From the NCBI GenBank assembly GCA_050013755.1, contig JBEKER010000003.1:14404-78403 (forward strand): a stretch of DNA of 64,000 nt. The letters are read 5' to 3'. Shown here piece after piece: positions 39,562-48,928 of this stretch; position 1 is the stretch's first letter; every line of letters begins with the position of its first letter. A program made the position numbers and the translations under genes. The notes under the pieces are model-generated. The model was not told the DNA's origin and made no database searches. It saw only the letters and a program-made list of their open reading frames with translations. Source of the DNA: Halobacteriota archaeon (GTDB lineage Archaea > Halobacteriota > Bog-38 > Methanoflorentales > Methanoflorentaceae).

Positions 39562-40313
39562 CGCTCAACCTAATGTCACCACCCGTGACCGTGCATGAAG
39601 ACGCCTACGTGACGCACGTCCGCCAGCTCATGCGAGACGGCTACAGAAGCCTTCCGGTTGTCGATAGCCAAAGCCGCGTGAAGGGTATGGTAATACTGCC
39701 CGACGTCATCAAAGTGACCTCGACGAAATCTGACGTCACGGTAATCGGCTTCATCCGCGAGACTGGCCTTGCTACTTCTGACTCTACCCCAATGGAGATA
39801 GCAAAAATATTTGCGACGACCGGGTTCGACATTCCTGTGGTCAAATCGAAAGAAGATGACACGATCATTGGAGTGATTGACGCTGAAGTACTGATGAACG
39901 CTCTGAGTTTTGACAGAAACATCACGATCGAGTCAGTGATGACAGAAACCGTTCGGACCTGTAGTCCGACTGATCTCGTATCGAGAGTGTGGCTCAACAT
40001 GGCGCAATACGGGTTTTCAGGCTACCCTGTGGTGAAGAAGACGCACCTCATCGGTATTGTCACGCTTCAAGATATTCTCAAAGCAGGCTATGTGCGACTC
40101 GAGCGCGAGGCCGATCGGGGAGGCAAAGGGATTCATTCAGCGGCCGTCGAAAAGGTTATGAAAACTCCTGTCATTACGGTCCTGTCAGATTCATCACTCT
40201 GGGAAGCAGCAAATCTGATGAAGCAATACGCAATCGGACGATTGCCGGTGGTCGAAGACTCCAAGCTGACCGGGATAGTCGACCGGCAAGACCTCGTACG
40301 AGCCATAATTTAA
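39558..40313 (+). CDS. Four-CBS-domain protein
   Basis: LMSPPVTV, RSLPVV, SGYPVV...LIGIVT, GRLPVV...LTGIVDRQD; ATGA overlap with the upstream gene. Confidence 0.9.
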   Translation: MTLNLMSPPVTVHEDAYVTHVRQLMRDGYRSLPVVDSQSRVKGMVILPDVIKVTSTKSDVTVIGFIRETGLATSDSTPMEIAKIFATTGFDIPVVKSKEDDTIIGVIDAEVLMNALSFDRNITIESVMTETVRTCSPTDLVSRVWLNMAQYGFSGYPVVKKTHLIGIVTLQDILKAGYVRLEREADRGGKGIHSAAVEKVMKTPVITVLSDSSLWEAANLMKQYAIGRLPVVEDSKLTGIVDRQDLVRAII

Positions 40314-40333
40314 CATAACTACGGAAGGTTACG

Positions 40334-41266
40334 ATGCTACGCGGAAATAAACGGCAGAAGAGAACTCAAGATGACTTCAGCGGAAAATCGGACCGAGGGA
40401 GTCTAGGCTTCAAAAGCAAGCTGTCGCAGCACGAGGGCGACATCATGATGGTCGCAACGCGGGATGTCGTCCAAATACCCCCCACAATGACTATCATGGG
40501 AGCAGTCAAAACGATGGTTAAATATCGTGTTAGGCGGCTGCCTGTGACCGATCCTGGAACAAACAGACTTGTCGGGATAGTCACCGTAATGGACGTAGTG
40601 AATTTTCTCGGTGGGGGCGATAAAGCTCAGATCATCGAGAACAAGCACAAAGGGAACTTTCTATCGGCGATAAACGAAGAAATCAGTTCAATAATGGAAG
40701 AAGATGTTATCACGCTCCGTGAGGAGGATTCGATCGACGATGCCATCAAAATGATGTTGCAGGGAAACGTGGGTGGCTTCCCGATCGTCAGTGACGATAG
40801 CAAGGTTATAGGAATCGTGTCCGAGCGTGATTTCGTCGACCTCGTGGCCAATGTCATAACGGGAAAGAAAGTCGCTGATTTCATGAGCCGCGACGTCGTA
40901 AGCGTGAAACCAGATACCACGGTTGAAGAGGCTGCACGTGTGATGGTTTCAAACGACTTTCGTCGGGTACCCGTTGTTCACGAGGGGGTTATGATCGGCA
41001 TCGTAACGACCTCAGACATAGTGAACTATCTCGGAAGCGGCGAGGTTTTTGACAAGCTCGTGACAGGCGACATGCACGAGGCTTTGGGGGTACCAATCAA
41101 GATCATAGCACGAGAACCGCCGATTACTGTTGATGCCGATCTAGATTTGGGTGAAGCTGCAGACCTGATGATAGCGCGCGATATAAGCGTGTTGCCGGTT
41201 GTGGTCGATGGGGCGCTCTCGGGTATCGTAACTGAGAGAGATTTTCTAAACGCGATAGTCGATTAG
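40334..41266 (+). CDS. Four-CBS-domain protein
   Basis: RRLPV, GGFPIV...IGIVSERD, RRVPVV, LSGIVTERD. Confidence 0.9.
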   Translation: MLRGNKRQKRTQDDFSGKSDRGSLGFKSKLSQHEGDIMMVATRDVVQIPPTMTIMGAVKTMVKYRVRRLPVTDPGTNRLVGIVTVMDVVNFLGGGDKAQIIENKHKGNFLSAINEEISSIMEEDVITLREEDSIDDAIKMMLQGNVGGFPIVSDDSKVIGIVSERDFVDLVANVITGKKVADFMSRDVVSVKPDTTVEEAARVMVSNDFRRVPVVHEGVMIGIVTTSDIVNYLGSGEVFDKLVTGDMHEALGVPIKIIAREPPITVDADLDLGEAADLMIARDISVLPVVVDGALSGIVTERDFLNAIVD

Positions 41267-41357
41267 ATGACTTCACAAAAGAGACTTAGTATAGGTCAGC
41301 CGGTGGACGGATCAACGAAGAGAATGTGTTTTTTTGAGCGTGACGCACGCGGGCGAC

Positions 41358-42002
41358 TCAAACGTCGTATTGAACGAGCTTGTTCTTATGGAGGTACTTG
41401 AGGAGGATATCTAAGATCTCATCGCACACGTCCTCTTCATCAGCTATTTTTTCAACGACGATATAGTTCCCAGAGTCCTCTCGTGCCATCTCGAGATACC
41501 GCCCCCGTACGTTGACAAGGGCAGTTTCGTTCTCAAAAGTAGTCAACCCATTATCGCGTTTTTCAATAAGGGTCATGGCGATATCTGCAGGCCAGTTGAT
41601 GATGAAACTAATGTCCGGCTCCGGTGCGAATTGTCGATTCATCTCGAGTATCTCTTGCCACGGTCTACTGTCTGACTGATATGCTGCGGTAGACAAGAAG
41701 TATCTGTCCATTACGACGATCTGCTTTTCCAGTAGCGCGGGCATTATGTGCGTCTCCACATCGTGCCTTCGATCGGCCAGAAAAAGGTCAACTAAGTCGC
41801 TGGGTTTTGTGGGGGAGCCGTGCTCAAGCGCCCGACGTATCTGTTGTGCCTCTTGGGTTTCATTAGTCGGCTCGAAAAAGCGGACGGCGTTGAGCCCAAG
41901 GGCTGTTAATCTCTCTACTAGTCTGATGGACTGCGTTGTTTTTCCCACGCCGTCTATTCCCTCGATTGCCACCAGAATTCCGCGGTTCAGGCAGTGCTTC
42001 AT
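41358..42002 (-). CDS. tmk: Thymidylate kinase
   Basis: IEGIDGVGKTTQ (P-loop), LFLADR, VMDRYFLST.AYQ; ATG 42002 immediately follows the aminotransferase stop. Confidence 0.92.
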   Translation of the reverse strand: MKHCLNRGILVAIEGIDGVGKTTQSIRLVERLTALGLNAVRFFEPTNETQEAQQIRRALEHGSPTKPSDLVDLFLADRRHDVETHIMPALLEKQIVVMDRYFLSTAAYQSDSRPWQEILEMNRQFAPEPDISFIINWPADIAMTLIEKRDNGLTTFENETALVNVRGRYLEMAREDSGNYIVVEKIADEEDVCDEILDILLKYLHKNKLVQYDV

Positions 42003-42003
42003 G

Positions 42004-43110
42004 CTAAAAAATGCTCGAAAACTCGATCGCGAATCGCTCAACCTGCTCCTTAGGGATGGCAAAGCTTACACGCACATACTTGTCGACAAATCTTCGCGTG
42101 GTATACTCAGCTGCTCTAATGAAAAAACCGAGTTTCAGCATCGTGTCTGCGATGGTTTCAGGAGTCTTGCCTGTGCCTGAGATATCAATAACAAACATGC
42201 TTCCCTGTGACGGATAAACGGGGAGATACGCTCCTCGTATTTTGTCGACAACACCTTTTATGGTGGCTTGATTTGCCATGATAGTCTCAACTACCTTCGG
42301 GAGCCAATCGAGTTTGGTCTTGAGGGCTGCAATTCCGGCAATTTGACTAACAATTGAGGTACCGAGGTCATTTATCTTGTACCGGGCCATTCGCTCTATA
42401 AGCTCGTTTGTTGCGATGTGCGCCCCCAGCCGTAACCCTGCTAAACCGCAGTTTTTTGAAAAACTGTAGATGGTTATCGTTCCCTCAGGATAAAAGTCGG
42501 CGGCAAGAGTATGGAGTTTTGCCACGTCTCGGTAGGTCACGTCGTTCAACAAATAAACGCCTGCGTCTTGAGCGATTTCACAAAACGCCTTGACGTCCTT
42601 TGCCGTGTAGGTCACGCCCAGCGGGTTCAAAGGGTCAACGAGAGTCAGCATCTTAGTTCGCTTGCTCATCGCCTCATTTACCATGTCCGGCGTCAATTTA
42701 TAGCTAGTATCTGCTGAGTAGATCGGTAGGTCAAGAACTTTGGCTCCGCTTAGTTCGGCAAACTTATGAATAACGTAGTAACCTGGATCTGTCGAGATCA
42801 TGACGTCACCGGGATGCAGCAGGGTGCGTGTCACCTGGTAAAGCGACTCTGTACCGCCCTCCGTCACGTGGACTTCGTGGGGTGAGCTCAAATTCAAGTC
42901 TTGGAGTATGAGGGCCCGTAACTCCTCGAGCCCATACGGTGGCGGGTATTTGTGGTATTCCTCTTTGTCGATGGCATTAACCATGGCCCGCTTGATCGCT
43001 TGTGGGGTAGGAAAATGGTTGGTATTTTGCCCCATCCATACGACGGAATCATCGTCGTAAATGTTTTGAAAAAATCGATTTTCACTGTTGAAATCGGCCA
43101 CTTGAATCAC
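42004..43110 (-). CDS. PLP-dependent aminotransferase class I/II
   Basis: YPPPYGL.ELR, VT.GG.E, DPLNPLG, DVTYRD, YSFSKNCGLAGLRLG (PLP Lys). Confidence 0.92.
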   Translation of the reverse strand: MIQVADFNSENRFFQNIYDDDSVVWMGQNTNHFPTPQAIKRAMVNAIDKEEYHKYPPPYGLEELRALILQDLNLSSPHEVHVTEGGTESLYQVTRTLLHPGDVMISTDPGYYVIHKFAELSGAKVLDLPIYSADTSYKLTPDMVNEAMSKRTKMLTLVDPLNPLGVTYTAKDVKAFCEIAQDAGVYLLNDVTYRDVAKLHTLAADFYPEGTITIYSFSKNCGLAGLRLGAHIATNELIERMARYKINDLGTSIVSQIAGIAALKTKLDWLPKVVETIMANQATIKGVVDKIRGAYLPVYPSQGSMFVIDISGTGKTPETIADTMLKLGFFIRAAEYTTRRFVDKYVRVSFAIPKEQVERFAIEFSSIF

Positions 43111-43300
43111 ATCGCTGAATGATCGGAAAGCTACGTTTAATCGATCAGTTGCCTAGGGGCGAACGTTTACAACTGTCGTAATTGTTCACAATTTAAAAGC
43201 GTTGTGGTGGAGGAAACGACACTTACAGAAAAACGACGCGACAGCGTTTGTCTTGGTCGCCGCGAGCGTGTTCCAAGCTCAACCGCGGTTATCAAGAAGG

Positions 43301-44530
43301 TCAGAATAAGCTTTCCTTGACTGATTTTCTTGTGAATCGTGTTCCGTCTAAAGCTTCCAATCGATAATCTTCTAACAAAACCCGAAACGTTTCGTCTAGG
43401 GGAACCGAGAGAGATATTTCCTTTGTTCTGCCGTATCTGCCTTTGCTGACAACTTTTGTGCTGATTATTCCGAGCAAATCCAGCTCCATTATTAAATCGG
43501 TGATGCGCCTTTTAGTCAACACGTCGAGGTCTATCTGTCTGCAAAGTGTTTCATACACTCGGTTTACCTCACCGGTTGTTGCGCTTCGCGCTCCGTTTTG
43601 ATGAAGTGTGATTATGCTATACAGCACCAGTTTCGCTTGGGTAGGGAGCGTGCGAATCACCTCTGCGACTCTGTTGAGTTCTATTCGCATCTGAGCGGTC
43701 CGAACGTGCTCCTCCTTAACGCTGTCGGCATTCACGCGTTCAGCGAATTCTCCTGATACTCTCAGCAAATCGAGCGCACGTCTGGCATCCCCGTGCTCCT
43801 GAGCGGCCAGGGCTGCGCAGAGCGGAATGACTTCGTGGTGCAACGCGTGTTCCTTAAAGGCTAGGCGCGCTCGCTCTTCGAGGATGTCTCGCAGTTGATT
43901 GGCGTCATAAGGTGGAAATATTAGCTCCTCTTCGGCTAGTGAGCTCCTGACCCGAGGGTCAAGATATTCTGTGAACTTCAAGTCGTTGGAGATTCCAATG
44001 AGACTTACCCGGGTGTCGGTGAGCTCGAGGTTAATTCGCGACAAATTGTAAAGCACATCGTCCCCGCTTTTTCGGACCAACTTGTCAAGCTCGTCAAGAA
44101 TTATTATGACGCTCCCGCCTTGAGCGTTGAGTGCTTCAATAAACTCTGAATAGACTTGATCTGTTGGCCACCCCGTCATCGGCACATCTTTGTTGAATTG
44201 GCGAGCCAAATACGCAAGGACGCGGTACTGGGTATCGACCACTTCGCAATTTATGTATGCAACGGTACACGGAACTCCTCGCGATGCGCCAACTTCCATC
44301 AATTCTCTGCCTACATATTTAGCGCAAGCCGTTTTCCCTGTGCCGGTTTTGCCGTACACAAGAATATTCGAGGGAGTCTCCCCTCTGAGCGCGACGACTA
44401 AAATGATAGCAATCGAGTTGAGTTGATCGCGCCTATGAGGCAGATAGCTCGGCGTGTAGGATGGCCTCAACACTTCCTTATCTTTGAAAACAGGTTTGCT
44501 TTCTAAAAGGTTGTCAAAAAGTCCTTCCAA
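43301..44530 (-). CDS. cdc6: Orc1/Cdc6 replication initiator
   Basis: VL.PSYTP..LPHR, YGKTGTGKT (Walker A), IIILDELD (Walker B), HGDARRALDLLR, winged helix with GRYGRT; TTG start with SD GGAGG. Confidence 0.97.
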   Translation of the reverse strand: MEGLFDNLLESKPVFKDKEVLRPSYTPSYLPHRRDQLNSIAIILVVALRGETPSNILVYGKTGTGKTACAKYVGRELMEVGASRGVPCTVAYINCEVVDTQYRVLAYLARQFNKDVPMTGWPTDQVYSEFIEALNAQGGSVIIILDELDKLVRKSGDDVLYNLSRINLELTDTRVSLIGISNDLKFTEYLDPRVRSSLAEEELIFPPYDANQLRDILEERARLAFKEHALHHEVIPLCAALAAQEHGDARRALDLLRVSGEFAERVNADSVKEEHVRTAQMRIELNRVAEVIRTLPTQAKLVLYSIITLHQNGARSATTGEVNRVYETLCRQIDLDVLTKRRITDLIMELDLLGIISTKVVSKGRYGRTKEISLSVPLDETFRVLLEDYRLEALDGTRFTRKSVKESLF

Positions 44531-44629
44531 CTTTCTGCCTCCAATTTCAACAGAGGAAGCGAATGCTTGCTGGAGGCACTGAATTCTAGCAACGATAACT
44601 GACTACTCAGAGCCATCCGCTTAGTCCTA

Positions 44630-45115
44630 CCGTATAGTGGAAACGTGAGTTAATAAAGTTTATGATTTCTAAAGTTATATTTCCACTGCAATACAACCTA
44701 CATTTCCACAGGAAATGACGACTTCTTCCACTGCAAACCCTACTACTTGTATTCCTATTAAGCTGCTAAGTAATCGTGAGCTTATATCGATCGTTTCCTA
44801 GAGCCTTGATTCGGGTTTCATTTTGCTTCGAAACGGTATGATCCCCACCAATTTTTGACACTGTGGAAGGATTGCTTAGGACAAGACTGAAAACTCGTTC
44901 TTCTTTTTGGCATACCTTTGTTGCTTGTGGAAATGGTTCAAGACTCACCCCATGTTTTCTACTGTAGAAATAAAAAATAGAATTTTGCTTAGTAATAAAT
45001 TATAAAAAATAGCGTGTTGTAGGGGTAATAACCTATTAATATATAAATCTTTGTATAAATTTACATCAATATTTAACGTCTAAGGTTTTATGGAAGCGCA
45101 AACATGGGGGGTGTG
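44630..45115. other. Probable replication origin (oriC): ORB-like repeats and AT-rich unwinding element
   Basis: Six or more TTCCAC/GTGGAA(A) elements, an inverted pair sharing AACATGGGG, and about 20% GC (hand count) in 44971-45080; directly upstream of cdc6. Confidence 0.8.
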
Positions 45116-45149
45116 TGCAATTTATACTGTTCTGGTTGAGGGAGGTAGA

Positions 45150-46217
45150 TTAGATCGAATTATTGAAACCGGTTACCAATCCATAACACCCCGCTAACAT
45201 CATGTCACCACCTGGTGCCGCAAAATATGGACTCAGTCGAGATTTCCTCATAATCCCTCGTCGAGGTCCTATACTGGTTACCCAAAAGCTTCGCTCTCTA
45301 AAAGCTCGATCTATCTCTTGGTATCCGGTTTTGTGTATGTAACAACCGTGTCCCCCATCTTGAAAAACACGTTCATTCGTTAATTTACCATCCATAAACA
45401 GTGACAAAAAATAGTCGAGTTTTTCTGTGTTGATCAAGGACGTGTGGTGTTCAAACATGCCGATGACCCTCTTTTGATCGAGCATAGCTGCGAGAGTGTG
45501 ACCGTTTCCGACGTTTACAATGATATGAGGTTCCTGTGCATGCTTAGCCACTACATCATCACACAGCGCACCCAATATTGCGGCCGGACCGGTATCCATC
45601 ACTAAGATCCGCTGCATTTCATTCCCCTCTAACGTCCGATATACGGCCTTTAGTCGTGTCAAATAGTTGGGGATCCGGCCATCTACGTAGCAAAAACTGG
45701 TCAACCCACCACCTGCAGCGATCAGGCGCTTGAAGTGCTGAAAACGAAAAATCCTATTACTCCCGGAGCTCTCACCATGATCTTGACACGCCACTGCGCA
45801 CATTGTAGGCAGACTAACGTCGAATTGTTGAAGCGCGGACCTCAGTGCGGGAACGTCCACATCGTTCAACTCTATTCGAACACAGTCTGTTGTCGGCTGT
45901 GCCGGTGTTATCGTCACTCCCCACGATCGGACTTTATCAAGATCATCATTGAGCGTTTTTGCTGCAAGCGGCGTCGCATAAACCGAATATCCGCCCCGCA
46001 AGTGAGCTCGAACGGCTGCGCTGCTCGGCCCACCTCCCATCGTCTCGCCACACAAAAACAAGCTGCGGCCCTGTTCCGTAACAGACCTGATGCGGTTGGC
46101 GACTATTGCAGTTTGGGAAGGCATCACCATTTTTACGTTATTCTCTGTGACTAAGCTCGAGTCGTACAGGAGCATATCTTGGGTTCCTGTACCGACGTCT
46201 AATGCGATGACGCGCAT
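45150..46217 (-). CDS. DUF1786 family protein
   Basis: LDVGTGTQDMLLYD...EN..KMVMPS, GETMGGGP, CQDHG, DTGPAA..GAL.D, NVGNGHT, FEHHT, GDMMLAGC.G. Confidence 0.85.
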   Translation of the reverse strand: MRVIALDVGTGTQDMLLYDSSLVTENNVKMVMPSQTAIVANRIRSVTEQGRSLFLCGETMGGGPSSAAVRAHLRGGYSVYATPLAAKTLNDDLDKVRSWGVTITPAQPTTDCVRIELNDVDVPALRSALQQFDVSLPTMCAVACQDHGESSGSNRIFRFQHFKRLIAAGGGLTSFCYVDGRIPNYLTRLKAVYRTLEGNEMQRILVMDTGPAAILGALCDDVVAKHAQEPHIIVNVGNGHTLAAMLDQKRVIGMFEHHTSLINTEKLDYFLSLFMDGKLTNERVFQDGGHGCYIHKTGYQEIDRAFRERSFWVTSIGPRRGIMRKSRLSPYFAAPGGDMMLAGCYGLVTGFNNSI

Positions 46218-46327
46218 AACTGAAAGATTAGGCAACGCCTCTTATTATACTTATTAACGTGGCGTCTGCGTCTTGTGCAGAATCTCCCGTCAGAAATGCT
46301 ATATACGCACTAACGCAATCCAAGTAT

Positions 46328-46870
46328 ATGCGACGCCCGCGGTCACAGACTCACCATAAGGCCGCCGTGAACAAGCGCTATGAAGTTGGCATAATCTCGA
46401 TCAGCACGTCTCGATTTGCGAAATACGGCAGCGCTAAGACACCAGAAGAGGCCGAAGACGTATCCGGCCGAATCATTATCGACCTTTTAAAAAGCGCAGG
46501 CCACAAGTTTCATTCGTACGCGCTGATATCGGACGAAGCAGAGTCAATTAGCGCGTGCGTGAGGGCCCTCATCAGTAATACCGACGCGATCATCACAACG
46601 GGGGGGACCGGACTCGCCCCGCGCGACGTGACCATCGAGTCCGTTCAGCAAATGCTTCAAAAAGAAATTCCAGGTTTTGGCGAGCTATTCAGAAGCATCA
46701 GCTACGAAAAAATCGGCTCTTCCGCCATGCTCACACGAGCTACAAGCGGCATCATAGGAAACACAGCTATTTTCTGTCTTCCTGGCTCTCCAAACGCCGT
46801 GACACTCGCGATGGAAGCCCTCATCTTGCCCGAGCTCGGGCATATTTTGCTTCACGCGTCAGAGCAATAA
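46328..46870 (+). CDS. moaB: Molybdenum cofactor biosynthesis protein MoaB/MogA family (start uncertain)
   Basis: D.SG, IITTGGTGLAPRDVT.E, KEIPGFGELFR, AMLTRA..G, LPGSPNAV. Confidence 0.9.
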   Translation: MRRPRSQTHHKAAVNKRYEVGIISISTSRFAKYGSAKTPEEAEDVSGRIIIDLLKSAGHKFHSYALISDEAESISACVRALISNTDAIITTGGTGLAPRDVTIESVQQMLQKEIPGFGELFRSISYEKIGSSAMLTRATSGIIGNTAIFCLPGSPNAVTLAMEALILPELGHILLHASEQ

Positions 46871-46913
46871 CTCTTTTTTGACGAGCCGCTGATCAGCATC
46901 TTGCAAAAAAGGC

Positions 46914-47537
46914 TTATTCGAGGGTCGCGTGCTTTTTCTTCAAGTCCTCCTCACTCTTTTTTGTTATTTCCATCAGAGCGGCAATGATGCCGTCCAAAAA
47001 TACCATCGTGCTTATTTCAAACATTGTGCCGAGGGGTGCAAACGATATGTGCGAGCCGACGACTTGTCGCTCCATAAAGTCCATGCCGCTTGCTTTCGTT
47101 CGTCCCTTCACGACTACAATAGCGTCAGAAATAGTTCCAAGCGTTGAGTCCCTATTTGACGTTACGGCGGCGAGTCGTGTGCCCTTCGCTTTTGCGAGGG
47201 CGCTCATCTCATTGATTGATTTGGTCTCTCCGGAGCCCGATATAACGATAAGAAGATCATCCGTTTCAACGGCCGGGGTTACCGTCTCTCCAACCACATA
47301 AACGTTGAATCCCAAATGCATCAATCGCATGGCAAAGCCCTTAACGACGAGTCCTGATCTGCCGGCACCCATGACAAACAGGCGCTTGTGGTTCTGCTGC
47401 GCGGCTAGGATATCCGTGACAAGTGTTTTTACCTCAGAATAGTCTATTTCATCAGCTATAGCCTGCACATTCGCGGCTATAACCTTCATCGCTGATTTGA
47501 CGTAGTCTTCGGGTTGTTGGGCGATAGGGCTCTGCAT
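46914..47537 (-). CDS. hxlB: 6-phospho-3-hexuloisomerase (SIS domain)
   Basis: FVMGAGRSGLV..GFAMRLMHLG, YVVGETVTPA, ISGSGET, APLGTMFE, H..LE. Confidence 0.95.
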   Translation of the reverse strand: MQSPIAQQPEDYVKSAMKVIAANVQAIADEIDYSEVKTLVTDILAAQQNHKRLFVMGAGRSGLVVKGFAMRLMHLGFNVYVVGETVTPAVETDDLLIVISGSGETKSINEMSALAKAKGTRLAAVTSNRDSTLGTISDAIVVVKGRTKASGMDFMERQVVGSHISFAPLGTMFEISTMVFLDGIIAALMEITKKSEEDLKKKHATLE

Positions 47538-47620
47538 AGATTCGCACCAGTGACTTTATTTGCCTGCGCTATTCTTTGAGCTTTTTATGCTTAAAGGGCG
47601 TTGGAGAACTCTGCTTTGAC

Positions 47621-48685
47621 TCATCCGTTTTCCATGGACTTTGGGTGACTTGGTGACGGCTTTTCGACCTCTTCAAATGCTAGTCTGCACAAGAGGTAGG
47701 CGATTGTAGACTCAGCACCTAGGTTCTGATTAACTCCTTTTTCAAGCGAGAGACCATCAAAACAACCGCCTGTACCCTCATCATAGATGGGCAGCTTGAG
47801 CAGATTGTTGCCGGTGAACCAGCTAAAACACTTCAGCGCGTTTTGGTAGTACTGCCGCTTGCCGGTGATCCTGTAAGCGTCTAAGAATGCTTCGACAAGT
47901 GCCCCGACGTCGATAGCCTGTTCGTCGCCGAGCGCCCTATGTTTTCCGCGGACGTACCAGCCGTTGTTTCCGATGACATTTATCACACCGCTTGAGGTTA
48001 CCACTTGATCCCACAGGAACTTTAGAGTGCTTTCGCCGCAAGCAAGGAGCTGCTCATCGCCCACTGCATCGTAGGCAAGCAGCATCGCCTGGGGCAGCCG
48101 AGCGTTCGAGTACGACATGAAGTCTTCGAACCACTCCCAGTCTGGAGCTCGTGTATCCTCGTAGTTGCGCAGAATCTCTACTGCAAGCGCTCTGATTCTC
48201 TCTTTCGCGCCTTCAAATGACTCCTGTGAGCAATAGAAGCCGAGGAGGCAGTAGGCCATTCCTCGTAAGGACAATTTGCTGGTCGCGTGCATCGCTGCGC
48301 GTTTAAAAATGACATGTGCAACTTCTTGGACGCTCTTAGGGAGATGCGAAGCGCCACTCATGTATCCGCACGCCCAGAGCGTCCTGCCCAAAGCTTCATC
48401 GGAACCTACGCTGTCGAGGAAGTTCCTTTGGTAGCTCATGAAATTGCGCATCGTACCGTCGTCATTCTGCGCGTGAAAAGCAAAGGCCATATAGGTCCTT
48501 AATAAGTCGAAACTCGACTCATCTCGAAACAAACTGTAGTGCTTCGCCGTCACAAGCAACGCTCTGACGTTGTCATCAACGCAATAACCTTCAAATCTGT
48601 TCGGAATCGCGTATTTTGCGTGTTGCAGTATTCCTGTGCAATCAGAGAGTGCTTTCACGTGCCGTAACGTAACGGGAGGGAGCAG
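47621..48685 (-). CDS. Six-hairpin glycosidase-like protein, matching the C-terminal domain of fused bacterial GT4 proteins; probable CTG start
   Basis: LPPVTLRHV..LSD.TGILQHA, GYCVDDN.RAL, WFE..MSY.NARLP, GNNGWY, GGCFDGL, VNQNLGAEST; SD AAGGTGAT before CTG 48685. Confidence 0.8.
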   Translation of the reverse strand: MLPPVTLRHVKALSDCTGILQHAKYAIPNRFEGYCVDDNVRALLVTAKHYSLFRDESSFDLLRTYMAFAFHAQNDDGTMRNFMSYQRNFLDSVGSDEALGRTLWACGYMSGASHLPKSVQEVAHVIFKRAAMHATSKLSLRGMAYCLLGFYCSQESFEGAKERIRALAVEILRNYEDTRAPDWEWFEDFMSYSNARLPQAMLLAYDAVGDEQLLACGESTLKFLWDQVVTSSGVINVIGNNGWYVRGKHRALGDEQAIDVGALVEAFLDAYRITGKRQYYQNALKCFSWFTGNNLLKLPIYDEGTGGCFDGLSLEKGVNQNLGAESTIAYLLCRLAFEEVEKPSPSHPKSMENG

Positions 48686-48928
48686 CGTATCACCTTGAAG
48701 CTTTTTGTCTTCTGTTCATATATAGGCTGTTGTCCGGCGGTCATTGAAGAGAGGCCCGTTACTGCACAGGTTCGAAGACGCACGGTTGTTACGCGTTGCA
48801 CGTGCCCGTACTGACCATCCATCAAAGCAACGCATCATTGGCGCTCGGCACACACGTCAACTTTATATCCATGCTGGCGTAGTAACGTAAGGCCCTAAAC
48901 TTAGTTTTTGGAGTGATCAGCTCTAGAC

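Noticed and set aside
44766-44948. 60-aa ORF between cdc6 and DUF1786
   Set aside because: It lies within the ORB-containing origin candidate and has no recognisable motif; likely spurious.
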